This document shows positions 20,337-29,215 of a stretch of DNA of 64,000 bases, piece after piece (the first letter of the stretch is position 1; every line of letters begins with the position of its first letter). Both the position numbers and the translations under genes were made by a program. Below the pieces are notes generated by a model that was not told the origin of the DNA, did no database searches, and saw nothing but the letters and a program-made list of their open reading frames with translations. Source of the DNA: an uncultured delta proteobacterium (GTDB lineage Bacteria; Desulfobacterota; Desulfuromonadia; Geobacterales; Pseudopelobacteraceae); assembly GCA_963772835.1 (NCBI GenBank), contig CAVYYZ010000024.1, positions 32,001-96,000 on the forward strand, given 5' to 3'.

Positions 20337-20368
20337 ATTTTAAGACTGGTTGTTACAGGTTTAACGCC

Positions 20369-22609
20369 ATGCTGACCAATCCGATTGAACATAACCCGCT
20401 GCTATTCGGCCATGATGAACGAACCGGCATCATCGCGGTGGAACCGGTCGGACACTTTATCAGGCTCTTTTTTAGAACTGCCGGGCGTGTCCATTTCCAT
20501 GATGAACCCTTTCAACCGTTCATTCTGGTCAGCGACCCGGGGGTGGTATCTGGTTGTCGTGTCCCGTGCGCCGTACGGCAATTAACCGGGGACGATTTCT
20601 TCCGCTTCCAGCTGTTGTTTGATTCCTGGAGCGACTGCCTTCTCGCCAGGGATTTTCTGGCGGCTAAAACCGGTACTCGGCACTCGGCTCCCGATGCCCC
20701 GTATCTATTCCTGCCGGATCTTTCTCATCAATATATGCTGGCCAGTGGCACCACGCTTTTTAAAGGCCTGGAATTCTCCGATCTGCGCTGTCTGGCTCTT
20801 GATATTGAAACCGCGTGCGCCGAGGGGTATGACTTTTCGAACCCGGAGCGCCCGGAAGACCGTATCATCTCTATCGCTCTCAAGGATTCTCATGGAGAGG
20901 AGATCGTGCTGCGCGGTGACCGGTTGACAGAGCCGGAGCTGCTTCACGCCTTGAACAGCGAGATCCAACGCTGCGATCCGGATGTCATCACCGGTCACAA
21001 TATATTTCGTTTTGATCTCGATTACATCGGCCGCCGGGCGCAGATGCACGATATCCGCCTGACCTGGGGGAGAAACGGTGCGGCTCCGCACATCACCCCG
21101 CATGCCCGCTGGAGTCTGGCTGAGAAAAATCTGGAATACCAGCGCTGGGATATCTATGGCCGGCATATTATCGATACATATTTTCTGGTGCAGTTGTATG
21201 ATGTCGGCGGCCGTAATCTTGAAAGTCACGGACTCAAGTCGGTAGCACGGCATTTTGGAGTTGCCGCTGAAGATCGCACCTACATAGCCGGTGCCGATAT
21301 TTCTGCGACATTTCAACAGGATCCAGAACAGCTCTATCGCTACAACATCGATGATGTCCGGGAGACGCTCTCCCTGTTCCGGCTGCTTGGCTATCCCTGG
21401 TTTCTGCAGGGCCGGATTTTCCCGTACTCCTTTCAAAACTGCGTCATTCGCGGTAACGCCACCCGCATCAACTCCCTCTTTCTGCGTGAATACCTGTATC
21501 GCGGCCATACTATCCCGGCCCGTACATCCTCTGCTGCTCCCTTTGAGGGTGGCTATACCGAGTCCGCATATTCCGGTGTTATTGGACCGATAGTCCATTG
21601 CGACGTGGCATCGCTCTACCCGTCATTGATGCTGACATACCGGCTGGCTCCGGCAAAGGACACTCTCGGGCTGTTTCTCCCGATGCTCTCGGAGCTGCGC
21701 CGTTTCAGGCTGAACTCCAAGCAGGCGGCCCGGGATGCGGCGGAGGATTCGGAACGCCGCTATTTTGATGCGCTTCAGCAGCTGTTCAAGGTTCTGATCA
21801 ATTCGTTTTATGGCTATCTGGGGGCCGCACGGCACAACTTTTCCGATCCGGCGACCGCTGCCGAAGTGACTCGTCTCGGCCGGGTTACGATCAAAAACAT
21901 GATTGACCTCCTTGCGGCAGAAGGCGCCCGACCGGTGGAAGTAGATACGGACGGCATCTATTTCAAACCGCCCGGGTCATGTGCAACCGAGGAGGGGGAA
22001 AGTGATCTGGTGCGGCGCATCTCCCGGAAGTTGCCGGAAGGAATCGAGGTTGAACTGGACGGACGCTATCAATCGATGTTCGCCTATAAAACTAAAAATT
22101 ACGCATTGATGGAATATGACGGCAGGATCATTATCAAGGGGAGCGGACTCCGTTCGCGCGGTCTCGAACCGTATCTGCGGGAATTCATGCGCGATGCCGT
22201 CGAACTGATTCTCGCCGGGAAAGCCGGGGATGTTGAGCGGTTATTCGACCGGTATGTAGCCAGACTTCGTACGCGCGGGTTGGATGTTGTCTGGGTGTCC
22301 CGCAGCGAGACACTCAATGATTCACCGGACAGTTATCGTGAAAAGCTTCGTCTGGGCTCGCGCAATCATTCGGCCGCTTTTGAGATAGCTCTTGCCTCAG
22401 GCAAACCCTACCGTGCCGGAGATCACGTCAGTTACTATGTCTGCGGCACCGGCAGAGATGTGACGGCGTATGAACAGTGCCGTCCGGTGGCTGCATTTGA
22501 TCCGGTGCATCCTGATATTAATGTGCTGTACTACATTGAAAAGCTGCGTCATGTGAAAAAACGGTTTGAACCGTTCATGCCGAAAGAACCGACTCTTTTT
22601 GATTTGTGA
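20369..22609 (+). CDS. Family B DNA polymerase with 3'-5' exonuclease
   Basis: ExoI DIET, ExoII GHNIFRFD, ExoIII YNIDD; pol motifs DVASLYPS, KVLINSFYGY, DTDG, KNYA. Confidence 0.92.
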   Translation: MLTNPIEHNPLLFGHDERTGIIAVEPVGHFIRLFFRTAGRVHFHDEPFQPFILVSDPGVVSGCRVPCAVRQLTGDDFFRFQLLFDSWSDCLLARDFLAAKTGTRHSAPDAPYLFLPDLSHQYMLASGTTLFKGLEFSDLRCLALDIETACAEGYDFSNPERPEDRIISIALKDSHGEEIVLRGDRLTEPELLHALNSEIQRCDPDVITGHNIFRFDLDYIGRRAQMHDIRLTWGRNGAAPHITPHARWSLAEKNLEYQRWDIYGRHIIDTYFLVQLYDVGGRNLESHGLKSVARHFGVAAEDRTYIAGADISATFQQDPEQLYRYNIDDVRETLSLFRLLGYPWFLQGRIFPYSFQNCVIRGNATRINSLFLREYLYRGHTIPARTSSAAPFEGGYTESAYSGVIGPIVHCDVASLYPSLMLTYRLAPAKDTLGLFLPMLSELRRFRLNSKQAARDAAEDSERRYFDALQQLFKVLINSFYGYLGAARHNFSDPATAAEVTRLGRVTIKNMIDLLAAEGARPVEVDTDGIYFKPPGSCATEEGESDLVRRISRKLPEGIEVELDGRYQSMFAYKTKNYALMEYDGRIIIKGSGLRSRGLEPYLREFMRDAVELILAGKAGDVERLFDRYVARLRTRGLDVVWVSRSETLNDSPDSYREKLRLGSRNHSAAFEIALASGKPYRAGDHVSYYVCGTGRDVTAYEQCRPVAAFDPVHPDINVLYYIEKLRHVKKRFEPFMPKEPTLFDL

Positions 22610-22796
22610 TACTTGCAAGCCGGATGCCTTTGTGGTAAAGAGTCTCAAAAGAGATGAAAAAATACTGAACTTCTTCCTGACGTAATTAAATCCACCTCTC
22701 TGTGACGGGAAAGGTGCAGGGGTGAGGGGATGTATTTTACCGTGTGTCAATAACGCCGGGTTCTACCATGTTGCCATGCCATTAAAAGGAGACCGT

Positions 22797-23186
22797 ATGA
22801 AAAAGGTTCTGTTGTTGTCAGCGGTATTATGTGCTTTTGTCGTGATGGGTCCGGGTCTGGCGGCGGCGGATCAGCAGCCGGAAATGATTGCGGAGAAGAT
22901 GGCGACGAAGTTTGTGAGAGGGATCACCAACACGGTCACCAGTATTGTTGAGCTTCCTAAACAGACGATTCTGACCGGGCGGGATATGGGGCCGGTAGGG
23001 TATGTCATCGGCCCGATAAAGGGTGTCGGGATGGTGCTTTACCGTGCCGTAGTCGGGGTATCGGAAACACTTTTCTGCATGGTTCCTCAACCGGGCTATT
23101 ATGATCCAATGATGGACCCGGAATATGTCTGGCAGGGATGGGAACCTAAAAGAGATACGACAAAGGCTGTTGCGGAAGAAAAATAA
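22797..23186 (+). CDS. Exosortase-system-associated protein (TIGR04073-like)
   Basis: Signal peptide; KFVRGITN...ELPKQ...GPIKG...RAVVG..E...P pattern. Confidence 0.7.
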   Translation: MKKVLLLSAVLCAFVVMGPGLAAADQQPEMIAEKMATKFVRGITNTVTSIVELPKQTILTGRDMGPVGYVIGPIKGVGMVLYRAVVGVSETLFCMVPQPGYYDPMMDPEYVWQGWEPKRDTTKAVAEEK

Positions 23187-23201
23187 CCCTGAATGTAGAC
23201 C

Positions 23202-23324
23202 TCACCACGGCCAAAAGCAGGCGCTTCTCAGCGAGACACGGAGAAAATAAGAACCAGAATCACTCTGGCTCAACCCAAGTGTTCTCTCATATAAACTGGT
23301 CTTTTCTCGGTGCCTCCGTGGTGA
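23202..23324. repeat. Degenerate octamer-type inverted repeat (CACCACGG..GACACGGAG / CTCGGTGCCTCCGTGGTG)
   Basis: Imperfect inverted arms between convergent genes. Confidence 0.55.
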
Positions 23325-23345
23325 ACGCTCTTTTAATCAGACGGT

Positions 23346-24209
23346 TCACGCCAACCGCTGTCGCAGATATGCTTCAAATTCAGCACTGAATTCCTTCCTC
23401 TTAAGCGCCATATCGACGGTTGCTTTCAGGAATCCGAGTTTGTCACCGCAGTCATGACGTAATCCCTCAAACAAACAGCCGTAAACCCTTTCTTCTTTTG
23501 ACAATGTCAGGATGGCATCCGTCAGCTGGATTTCTCCGCCTTTCCCCGGTTCCTGATTTCGGAGGATGTCGAAAATACGCGGTGTCAATACGTAGCGGCC
23601 GATAATAGCCATGTCGGAGGGCGCCTCTTCCCGGGCGGGTTTCTCGACCATGTCTGTGACAACGAACGTACGCTCGCCGATTTTGTCCGCCGCGACACAT
23701 CCGTACGCAGAGATGTTTTCCATGGGTACTTTTTCCAGCGCCAGCACCGATCCTCCCTGCTGATTGAATACTTCCAGCAACTGCCCGAGGCAGGGGCGCT
23801 CGCTGTCAACAATGTCATCACCGAGCAGAACGGCAAAGGGTTCATTGCCGACGAAATCCTTGGCACAGAGAATGGCATGACCAAGGCCCATGGCCTGTCG
23901 CTGCCGGACATAGAAAATATCAACCATCTCGGCTATTTCGCGAACCCGCGAGAGCTCCCGGTCTTTTCCTTTGTCGTAGAGGTGCGCCTCCAGTTCCACG
24001 GAAATATCGAAGTGGTCCTCAATATTATGTTTGCCGCGCCCGGTTACAAAAAGAATCTGCTCAATGCCAGAGGCCACAGCCTCTTCAACAACGTACTGCA
24101 CCAGCGGTTTGTCAATCAGCGGCAGCATCTCTTTGGGGGAGGATTTGGTAGCAGGAAGAAAACGGGTGCCGAGACCGGCAACCGGAAACACGGCTTTTTT
24201 GACTTTCAT
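23346..24209 (-). CDS. galU: UTP-glucose-1-phosphate uridylyltransferase
   Basis: KAVFPVAGLGTRFLPATK, PKEMLP, GEIQLTDAI. Confidence 0.97.
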   Translation of the reverse strand: MKVKKAVFPVAGLGTRFLPATKSSPKEMLPLIDKPLVQYVVEEAVASGIEQILFVTGRGKHNIEDHFDISVELEAHLYDKGKDRELSRVREIAEMVDIFYVRQRQAMGLGHAILCAKDFVGNEPFAVLLGDDIVDSERPCLGQLLEVFNQQGGSVLALEKVPMENISAYGCVAADKIGERTFVVTDMVEKPAREEAPSDMAIIGRYVLTPRIFDILRNQEPGKGGEIQLTDAILTLSKEERVYGCLFEGLRHDCGDKLGFLKATVDMALKRKEFSAEFEAYLRQRLA

Positions 24210-24250
24210 GTGGGGCTCCAGAGTTGCTGAAAAATAATCAAAAAACCGAT

Positions 24251-24380
24251 TGAAACACAGAGCAACAGAGCAAATCTTACAAAAATTGAGAAGCTTATTT
24301 GATAAAGACCCTTTGCTAGAGGTTACGCCTGTTTTTATTATAGGATTTCTGTCTCAGTTGCTCTGTTGCTCTGTGGTTCA
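24251..24380. repeat. Octamer-based inverted repeat element, copy 2
   Basis: TGAAACACAGAGCAACAGAG ... CTCAGTTGCTCTGTTGCTCTGTGGTTCA. Confidence 0.8.
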
Positions 24381-24386
24381 GAAATA

Positions 24387-24620
24387 TTACTCTCCCGAGC
24401 AGGCGCATCCGCTGCATGCAGCCGGTTTCGGCGCTTCGGTTTTCGGGCAGTACCCGGTATTAAACCAGCCGTCACCTTTAAGGCTGAAAGCAGTGGAAGA
24501 GATCATCTTTTCTACGGCCGCACCGCATTGCGGGCATTGGCTGGCAGGTGGATCGGAAAACTTCTGACGCAGTTCAAACTGGTTGTTGCAGGAAGTGCAA
24601 CGGTATTCGTACATCGGCAT
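24387..24620 (-). CDS. FmdB-family zinc-ribbon protein
   Basis: MPMYEYRCTSC...CPQCG...FSLKGDGW. Confidence 0.9.
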   Translation of the reverse strand: MPMYEYRCTSCNNQFELRQKFSDPPASQCPQCGAAVEKMISSTAFSLKGDGWFNTGYCPKTEAPKPAACSGCACSGE

Positions 24621-25144
24621 GACGCGTAAACTCCTCTGACCGTCTATAATAGTTGTAGCCCTAATATAGTGATTACATGGCTGGTTTGTCAATGTTACGG
24701 ATAGTTATCGTTGACAGACGATTGATTGCATATTAGGCCTGATTTGTGCTAAAGAGTGATCCGGATCACAGTATTACGCTATTTGCCCATATGGATTCTG
24801 GCTGTTATTCTTCGGGATTAATTTATTTTATAGGTAGATCAGCGTGTTACACTCTTCATCAGTGGGCGTTGGTTGTGTTTGTGTCAGGTGACCCGCTTCA
24901 CCGTATACAGTTATTTCGCCGGATGAGGTCTGAGATCTGTTATGAACAATAAATAGATGAGCTGTTTACTAGATGCACTGTTTACTCACTTGACAAGAAC
25001 ATATTTGGATGTATTTTGTTAAACCTGCTTAGGCTTCTGACGCAGCAGAATAGAGCGGTTATTTCAGGTCATTTCCATATATTCGTACCACGTACCATAT
25101 ACCATGGCTCAGCAGAACGCATCTTCCGGAAAGGAGGGAATATT

Positions 25145-26473
25145 TTGAAACAAAACAACATGAAAAAAAGCTGCCTGACCCTTGGGATTGGAGTGGCAGT
25201 GCTGGCTTCATCACTGCTCTGGTCAGCACCGCTCATGGCGTCCGACTACTCATTTTCAGGTGAGTCCAACACGATCTTCCGCATGCGGACAACGACCGAC
25301 AAGAAGAATCTGTATCCTGCCTACGAATATCTTCGTCTCAACATGACCGACAATCGCAGTGACGGCTCGGGGATTTCATTTTACCTTGGTGCCTGGGGGC
25401 GTGCCGATCTGGGTGACAAATCCACATCCAACAATACGGATGGTGATCTTCAGTATGCCTATCTCACCTACCATGCCCCGAAAAATAATGCCGCAGTCAC
25501 CATAGGACGTCAGTTCATCAGCGAAGGTGTTGCTGCCGAGCGAATCGACGGCCTTTTTCTGCGCAGTGATTTCGGATATGGACTCGGAGCATCGGCATTC
25601 GTCGGCAATTCCGTTATCACGGAGCCGAACTCTGATCCGAAATATCAGGGTGGAGCGATCGTCTACGGCACACGGGTCTCGCAGACAAACAAAAAACTGT
25701 ACACCATCGGCCTGAGCGTCCTCAAAAGCGAGCGGGAAAATAACTCCCGTTATCGTGAAGAGGAGGGGGTAGATCTCTGGCTCCGCCCGCATGAACTGGT
25801 CGATATCACCGGCCGCTCAACCTACAACTCCATCACAAACGGCTGGATGGAAAACAATTATGCCATCTCCTATGCGCCGATAACAACTCTCAGGCTCGGA
25901 GTGGATTTTTCGTATATTAACTTCAAAGATTATTTATTCAACCTCACAACTCCGGCGTTAAGCATCTTAAATCCGGTTTGGAGCCTCAATAATAATCAGA
26001 CCGCTGTCGGTGTCAGCGCCGCATATACCGGGGTCAAAAATCTGACGGTCGCGGCAGACTGCAAATTCTACAGTTATGACCAGTCCGGTGATGCCTCGTA
26101 TTTCGGCGGCAAGGCGAGCTACTCCTTTCCTGATGCGTTAGCGGTAGGCGGCGGACTCCATCGTATGGAAGGCGACACTGACAAATTGCGCTATACTGAA
26201 TACCGGGTCTATGCCTCCAAAAAAATCGGCCGGACCGATCTGACTGTTGACGCAATCAACGTGCATTATGACAAAGAAATCAGCGGGATCAGCAGCAGCT
26301 ATGCGCTCACCGGTGCAGCCGGATACGAGTTCAGCCGGAAGTTTAAAGTCAGGGGTGACCTTCAATACTCAAAAAATCCTGATTTTGACAGAGAGGTTCG
26401 TGCTCTTGTAATGGGTACCTATACGTTTGACACAAAGTTTGTTGCTGAAGGGAGGCCAAAGAGTGAAAAATAA
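25145..26473 (+). CDS. Outer-membrane beta-barrel of a porin-cytochrome conduit (ExtB-like)
   Basis: Signal peptide, Tyr/Gly-rich amphipathic strands, GRQF motif, near-terminal YTF; AAGGAGG RBS before TTG 25145 (alt ATG 25160); followed by cytochromes. Confidence 0.75.
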   Translation: MKQNNMKKSCLTLGIGVAVLASSLLWSAPLMASDYSFSGESNTIFRMRTTTDKKNLYPAYEYLRLNMTDNRSDGSGISFYLGAWGRADLGDKSTSNNTDGDLQYAYLTYHAPKNNAAVTIGRQFISEGVAAERIDGLFLRSDFGYGLGASAFVGNSVITEPNSDPKYQGGAIVYGTRVSQTNKKLYTIGLSVLKSERENNSRYREEEGVDLWLRPHELVDITGRSTYNSITNGWMENNYAISYAPITTLRLGVDFSYINFKDYLFNLTTPALSILNPVWSLNNNQTAVGVSAAYTGVKNLTVAADCKFYSYDQSGDASYFGGKASYSFPDALAVGGGLHRMEGDTDKLRYTEYRVYASKKIGRTDLTVDAINVHYDKEISGISSSYALTGAAGYEFSRKFKVRGDLQYSKNPDFDREVRALVMGTYTFDTKFVAEGRPKSEK

Positions 26474-26909
26474 AATCTGTATCATGTCTGTCCTTCTGCT
26501 GATGAGTCTGCTGTACGCCTGCGCCAGTACCACCAGCCTGCCTCGTACACACCCCGAAGATGTCAGGACACCGGGTGCCGGTATGCCCGACTGTACGGCT
26601 TGCCATAGCGACTCATGGAGTGCCCTGAGCCACCGCGCCCCTGATTTTTTCAGTAAGCACCGCATCTATGCCGGTACAGCCCGTCAGGTCTGCAGTACCT
26701 GTCACCACGAATCGTTCTGCACGGATTGTCACGCTCACAAGGAAGAGATCAAGCCGAGTGATAAATTCAGCAATTCACCCGACCGCAACCTTCCCCATCG
26801 CGGCGATTATCTCAGCCAGCACAAAATTGACGGCCGTGTGAATCCGGTTTCGTGTGTCAAATGTCATGGACGCCAGAATAATGAGAGGTGTGTGTCATGC
26901 CACAAATAA
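26463..26909 (+). CDS. Pentaheme lipoprotein cytochrome c (ExtC-like)
   Basis: Lipobox LYAC; five CxxCH (CTACH, CSTCH, CTDCH, CVKCH, CVSCH); GGAGG RBS before GTG. Confidence 0.88.
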   Translation: MKNKICIMSVLLLMSLLYACASTTSLPRTHPEDVRTPGAGMPDCTACHSDSWSALSHRAPDFFSKHRIYAGTARQVCSTCHHESFCTDCHAHKEEIKPSDKFSNSPDRNLPHRGDYLSQHKIDGRVNPVSCVKCHGRQNNERCVSCHK

Positions 26910-27832
26910 AAGCATCTCATCTGATCATCTCAATAACAATGGCCGTCGCACTTGCCGGCTGTGGCGACAAAAACGACAAATCGACATATTATTCAGACAG
27001 CGGCCATCCGTCAGGCTGGGCTGCGTCCCACAAAACTTCTGCCAAGACGGGCAGTGACGGATGCACAAAGTGTCATGGTGAGAACCTGACGGGAGGGATC
27101 GCGAAGGTCAGCTGCTTCAGCACGCCGCAAACCTCGCGCAGCGGCTTTGCCTGCCATGCCACGAACCCGATCGTCAACACTAACTGCTCCTCATGCCATG
27201 GCACACCGCCCAACGGCACCTCGGCACCCAATCGGGCTGGGGCCCATGCAACACACCTGGCCCTCGTCGGAGTAACCTGTGACTCCTGCCATAACGGCGC
27301 AGGATCAGGAACGGCAAACCACGCCAAAACTGTTACGGTTTTGTTGCAGGATTCCCTCAAGGCAAAGACGGTCACCACCACCTTCGCCTATAACGCCGCG
27401 AACGGAACATGTTCCGCCATCATTTGCCACGGCGGAGTGACGACCCCTAACTGGAGCACCGGGTCGATTACGGTGGCCACTGACTGCCTCAAGTGCCATG
27501 AGCAGGGCACTGCATCTCAGACCCCCCAGTACAACAGCTTCTTCTCGGGAATAAAAACCGGGGCCAATTTGCACATGCTTCATCTGCTACTGAGAATTCC
27601 CGGTACTGCAACACCCATTACCTGTACAGAATGCCACAACAGCTCAGCTCTTACAGGCCATTTCAGCGGGCTGGTCAGCCCCGTATTTGAGGGCACTGCC
27701 GCGAATTCCATCGGAGGAGCCGGCACCTTTGTTAACAATTATGTGCCGTACACCACTGCCGTACCTTCCGGAAGCTGTTCCAGTTCGTGCCATGTTGTCC
27801 TTTTCAATAATCCTCAGAACTGGATAAATTAG
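26897..27832 (+). CDS. Multiheme lipoprotein cytochrome c with CxxCH/CxxxxCH motifs (ExtD-like)
   Basis: Lipobox LAGC; 5 CxxCH plus CSAIICH, CSSSCH and C-X12-CH. Confidence 0.85.
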   Translation: MPQIKASHLIISITMAVALAGCGDKNDKSTYYSDSGHPSGWAASHKTSAKTGSDGCTKCHGENLTGGIAKVSCFSTPQTSRSGFACHATNPIVNTNCSSCHGTPPNGTSAPNRAGAHATHLALVGVTCDSCHNGAGSGTANHAKTVTVLLQDSLKAKTVTTTFAYNAANGTCSAIICHGGVTTPNWSTGSITVATDCLKCHEQGTASQTPQYNSFFSGIKTGANLHMLHLLLRIPGTATPITCTECHNSSALTGHFSGLVSPVFEGTAANSIGGAGTFVNNYVPYTTAVPSGSCSSSCHVVLFNNPQNWIN

Positions 27833-27860
27833 GCTCCACGTTATCTGCCAATCAGCTCAA

Positions 27861-27903
27861 CACGAAAGCCCCTCTCATCCAATAAATGAGAGGGGCTTTC
27901 GTG
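27861..27903. terminator. Hairpin between convergent genes
   Basis: CACGAAAGCCCCTCTCAT/ATGAGAGGGGCTTTCGTG 18-bp stem. Confidence 0.7.
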
Positions 27904-27925
27904 ATTAATGGATCTGAGGTTCGTG

Positions 27926-28303
27926 CTATTCTTCAGAATAATGTGAAGTCCTGCGCTGCCGTGCCCTCATCATTTTTACTGCCGCCGAAGGTTCGGCTTT
28001 TCGTTTGGCAGGGGCCGCAGCAGTTGACGAAGCCTTACGCGGTGACCGGGGTACTGTTTTTTGGATTGCTGCGGCACCTTTTCCCTGTACTGGCGGCATG
28101 CTCAGCGTGGCAGTGCCGGTATCGCCCTGTTCCGGATACAGAGATTGTGCCCTGTCCCGATAGCGGAGAGGGATTTCATACTCTTTATTCGTGTAATGGG
28201 CAACACCTTTTGAATCGATATATCTGTACACCATCCCGTGGGCAGGTGATGACAGGAGTATCAACGCAATCAGTATCCGTATGTTTCTTTTCACGATGTT
28301 CAT
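27926..28303 (-). CDS. DUF4124-like exported protein
   Basis: Signal peptide then VYRYIDSKGVAHYTN..IP..YR. Confidence 0.75.
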   Translation of the reverse strand: MNIVKRNIRILIALILLSSPAHGMVYRYIDSKGVAHYTNKEYEIPLRYRDRAQSLYPEQGDTGTATLSMPPVQGKGAAAIQKTVPRSPRKASSTAAAPAKRKAEPSAAVKMMRARQRRTSHYSEE

Positions 28304-28348
28304 ATATCCCTGTATTTCATTGATACCTGTCGATCGGATGAAATCGTA

Positions 28349-29062
28349 TCACTTCCCTGAGCGAACCGGCCATACCGAACAGCTTGTGCCCTTCATAATG
28401 TTGTTCACCGTGCTGCCGTCCGCCATGTTTACCGTCCAGGCAATCAGCTTGTCAGTTGCATTGATGTCAGATGACCAGTAGCAATCAGCCTGTACATTTG
28501 TAAAAACATCACTGTTAAGACCTTTAGAGGGGGTTTTCCCTCCATATAACGATAATGATTTAAGTTCACCCTTCGTCGGCAGCCGCCAGTCGGAGAAACC
28601 TGCATAGGTAAACTCTTTTGCCATGTTCATAGCCGCCTGCCAATCCATTTTACCGCCTTTGCCGGCATCTCTCACCATCATCAACCCGGTGCCGAGGTCC
28701 TGTACCACCAACCCGTCTTTGGATGGTACAAATAATACAGCCAGCGGTTGCGGCAGTGTCATGGTTTGTCCTTCAGTTCCGCTTGTAATCTTGAGTGAAT
28801 GCGATCTTGTTGTGGTATCCAGGTATGGAATCAGTTCGTACTCTGTTGCCGGATTCAACTTTTCGAGCCGGAATTTACCATCCGCTCCGGTAACAGCCTC
28901 CAGAGCTTTGGTATGCTGAACCTGCCTGGCAATGACTCGCACCCCGGCCATTGGCTGTCCCGTGCCGTCAATTATTCTCCCCTCCAGTGCCGATTTTTTC
29001 CCGCACCCGAAGAGACATGTCATCACCGTTAATCCGGCAATAATAACGCTTGTTACTCTCAT
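28349..29062 (-). CDS. Lipoprotein with carboxypeptidase-regulatory-like and DUF1566 (Lcl C-terminal) domains
   Basis: Lipobox LFGC; DLGTGLM, GFSDWRLPTKGEL, YWSS, VWPVR. Confidence 0.82.
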   Translation of the reverse strand: MRVTSVIIAGLTVMTCLFGCGKKSALEGRIIDGTGQPMAGVRVIARQVQHTKALEAVTGADGKFRLEKLNPATEYELIPYLDTTTRSHSLKITSGTEGQTMTLPQPLAVLFVPSKDGLVVQDLGTGLMMVRDAGKGGKMDWQAAMNMAKEFTYAGFSDWRLPTKGELKSLSLYGGKTPSKGLNSDVFTNVQADCYWSSDINATDKLIAWTVNMADGSTVNNIMKGTSCSVWPVRSGK

Positions 29063-29123
29063 AAACGACTCCTGCCTTGTAGGTATTTATAGCATCTAAA
29101 GCACATCGTGGAGATTAAATCTC

Positions 29124-29188
29124 AAAAAAAACCGCCTCGTACAGAGGCGGTGATCGTCAGTTAAGTGAGCGGGCCGTGCGGCCCGCTC
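29124..29188 (-). terminator. Hairpin plus intrinsic terminator downstream of decaheme gene
   Basis: GAGCGGGCC/GGCCCGCTC hairpin then ACCGCCTC/GAGGCGGT followed by T-run on minus strand. Confidence 0.7.
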
Positions 29189-29215
29189 TGGTAAAATTAC
29201 AGGTCAATACGGTAC

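Noticed and set aside
20348..20365. Possible Geobacter-type LexA box (GGTT-N2-C-N4-G-N3-ACC) before the polymerase
   Set aside because: Two of the nine specified positions mismatch; could be chance
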